This document shows, one piece after another, positions 63,408 to 64,000 of a stretch of 64,000 nucleotides of DNA. The position numbers and the translations under genes were made by a program. The notes beneath the pieces were generated by a model. That model was not told the origin of the DNA, made no database searches, and saw nothing but the letters and a program-made list of their open reading frames with translations. The DNA is from Podarcis cretensis (lineage: Eukaryota). The stretch spans positions 35,092,001 through 35,156,000 of the forward strand of contig OX638150.1 of the NCBI GenBank assembly GCA_951804945.1. The letters are read 5' to 3'. Every line of letters begins with the position of its first letter. Positions within the stretch are counted from its first letter, which is position 1.

Positions 63408-64000
63408 AAAGATACTCCTTTCTTTTTTTCTTTTAAATGAAAGCTGGGAATCTGGTGATGATGCCACCCCTAATGGATGGCCATGCCTGAACCTGAGAAG
63501 TAAATCCATTCTGAGCCATGAAGCTCCTGTGCCTTTAACTGTACAGCAAGCATAAATTCAACAGAAGGGGGAAGTCATGTGTTTTGAATGTGCATTGGAT
63601 GTGCATTAAACTAATGGTGTGGATTCCGCCCCCCTTTTCTATCACTGCATCTTGATGGTACAAGTAACAGAAACAACACTTTCTCCACTCCTAATAACAC
63701 CAGTCAGAGAGGTAAGGAAGGAGGGGGCAGAGAACAGAACTGGTTTTAATAACTCTGAGAGGCATTAAAACACTCTGCTTATATTCAGAGGCACTCTTTC
63801 TAGAGGCGTTTGAAACCCCCATTGCTCTAGACGTGTTTTGCAACAGGGAATTTCATTCATGCGAACAGTTTCTGAGCTCTGGGCGCAGTACTGTGCCTAA
63901 GATTTCAGATTAAAACTGACACTGACTCTCCACTTCTAGCCACTCTCTGAAGACTGGAGAAGGGAGCCTCATAAGAATATTAGGGGGGCGGACAGGGGAG

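Noticed and set aside
60660-64000. Exons of MYO15B, RECQL5 or another neighbour (e.g. donor-like GAG|GTAAGG near 63711)
   Set aside because: No recognisable coding similarity; isolated splice-like motifs are insufficient

Overview
Vertebrate genomic DNA from a squamate, most likely a lacertid lizard, as judged from young Sauria SINEs with (ACCTTT)n tails and lizard-type MITEs and L2 elements. The window holds the complete coding region of LLGL2 (lethal giant larvae homolog 2) on the + strand. I traced 25 coding exons from ATG 4946 to TGA 57636. They sum to 3072 nt (1023 aa), all intron phases are compatible, and a poly(A) signal lies near 58360. The non-coding first exon and promoter are not evident and probably lie upstream of the window. 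The intron after coding exon 2 has a U12 (minor spliceosome) GTATCCTTT donor. Downstream and convergent on the - strand is an unrecognised gene candidate: a 285-codon ORF (59331-60188) with a strong acceptor 8 nt before its ATG, an in-frame upstream ATGC|GTAAGT donor, two AATAAA signals, NLS-like motifs, and a nearby RFX X-box and CRE-like site. This is the best novelty candidate. The introns are dense in TEs: Sauria SINEs, a 5'-truncated L1 with an 18-bp TSD, L2/CR1 fragments, several Tc1/mariner-superfamily MITE families (TA TSD), hAT MITEs (8-bp TSD), a MITE carrying a 154-bp tandem array, and a tRNA-Lys-derived SINE. All other short ORFs in the track are exon shadows, TE-derived or chance.
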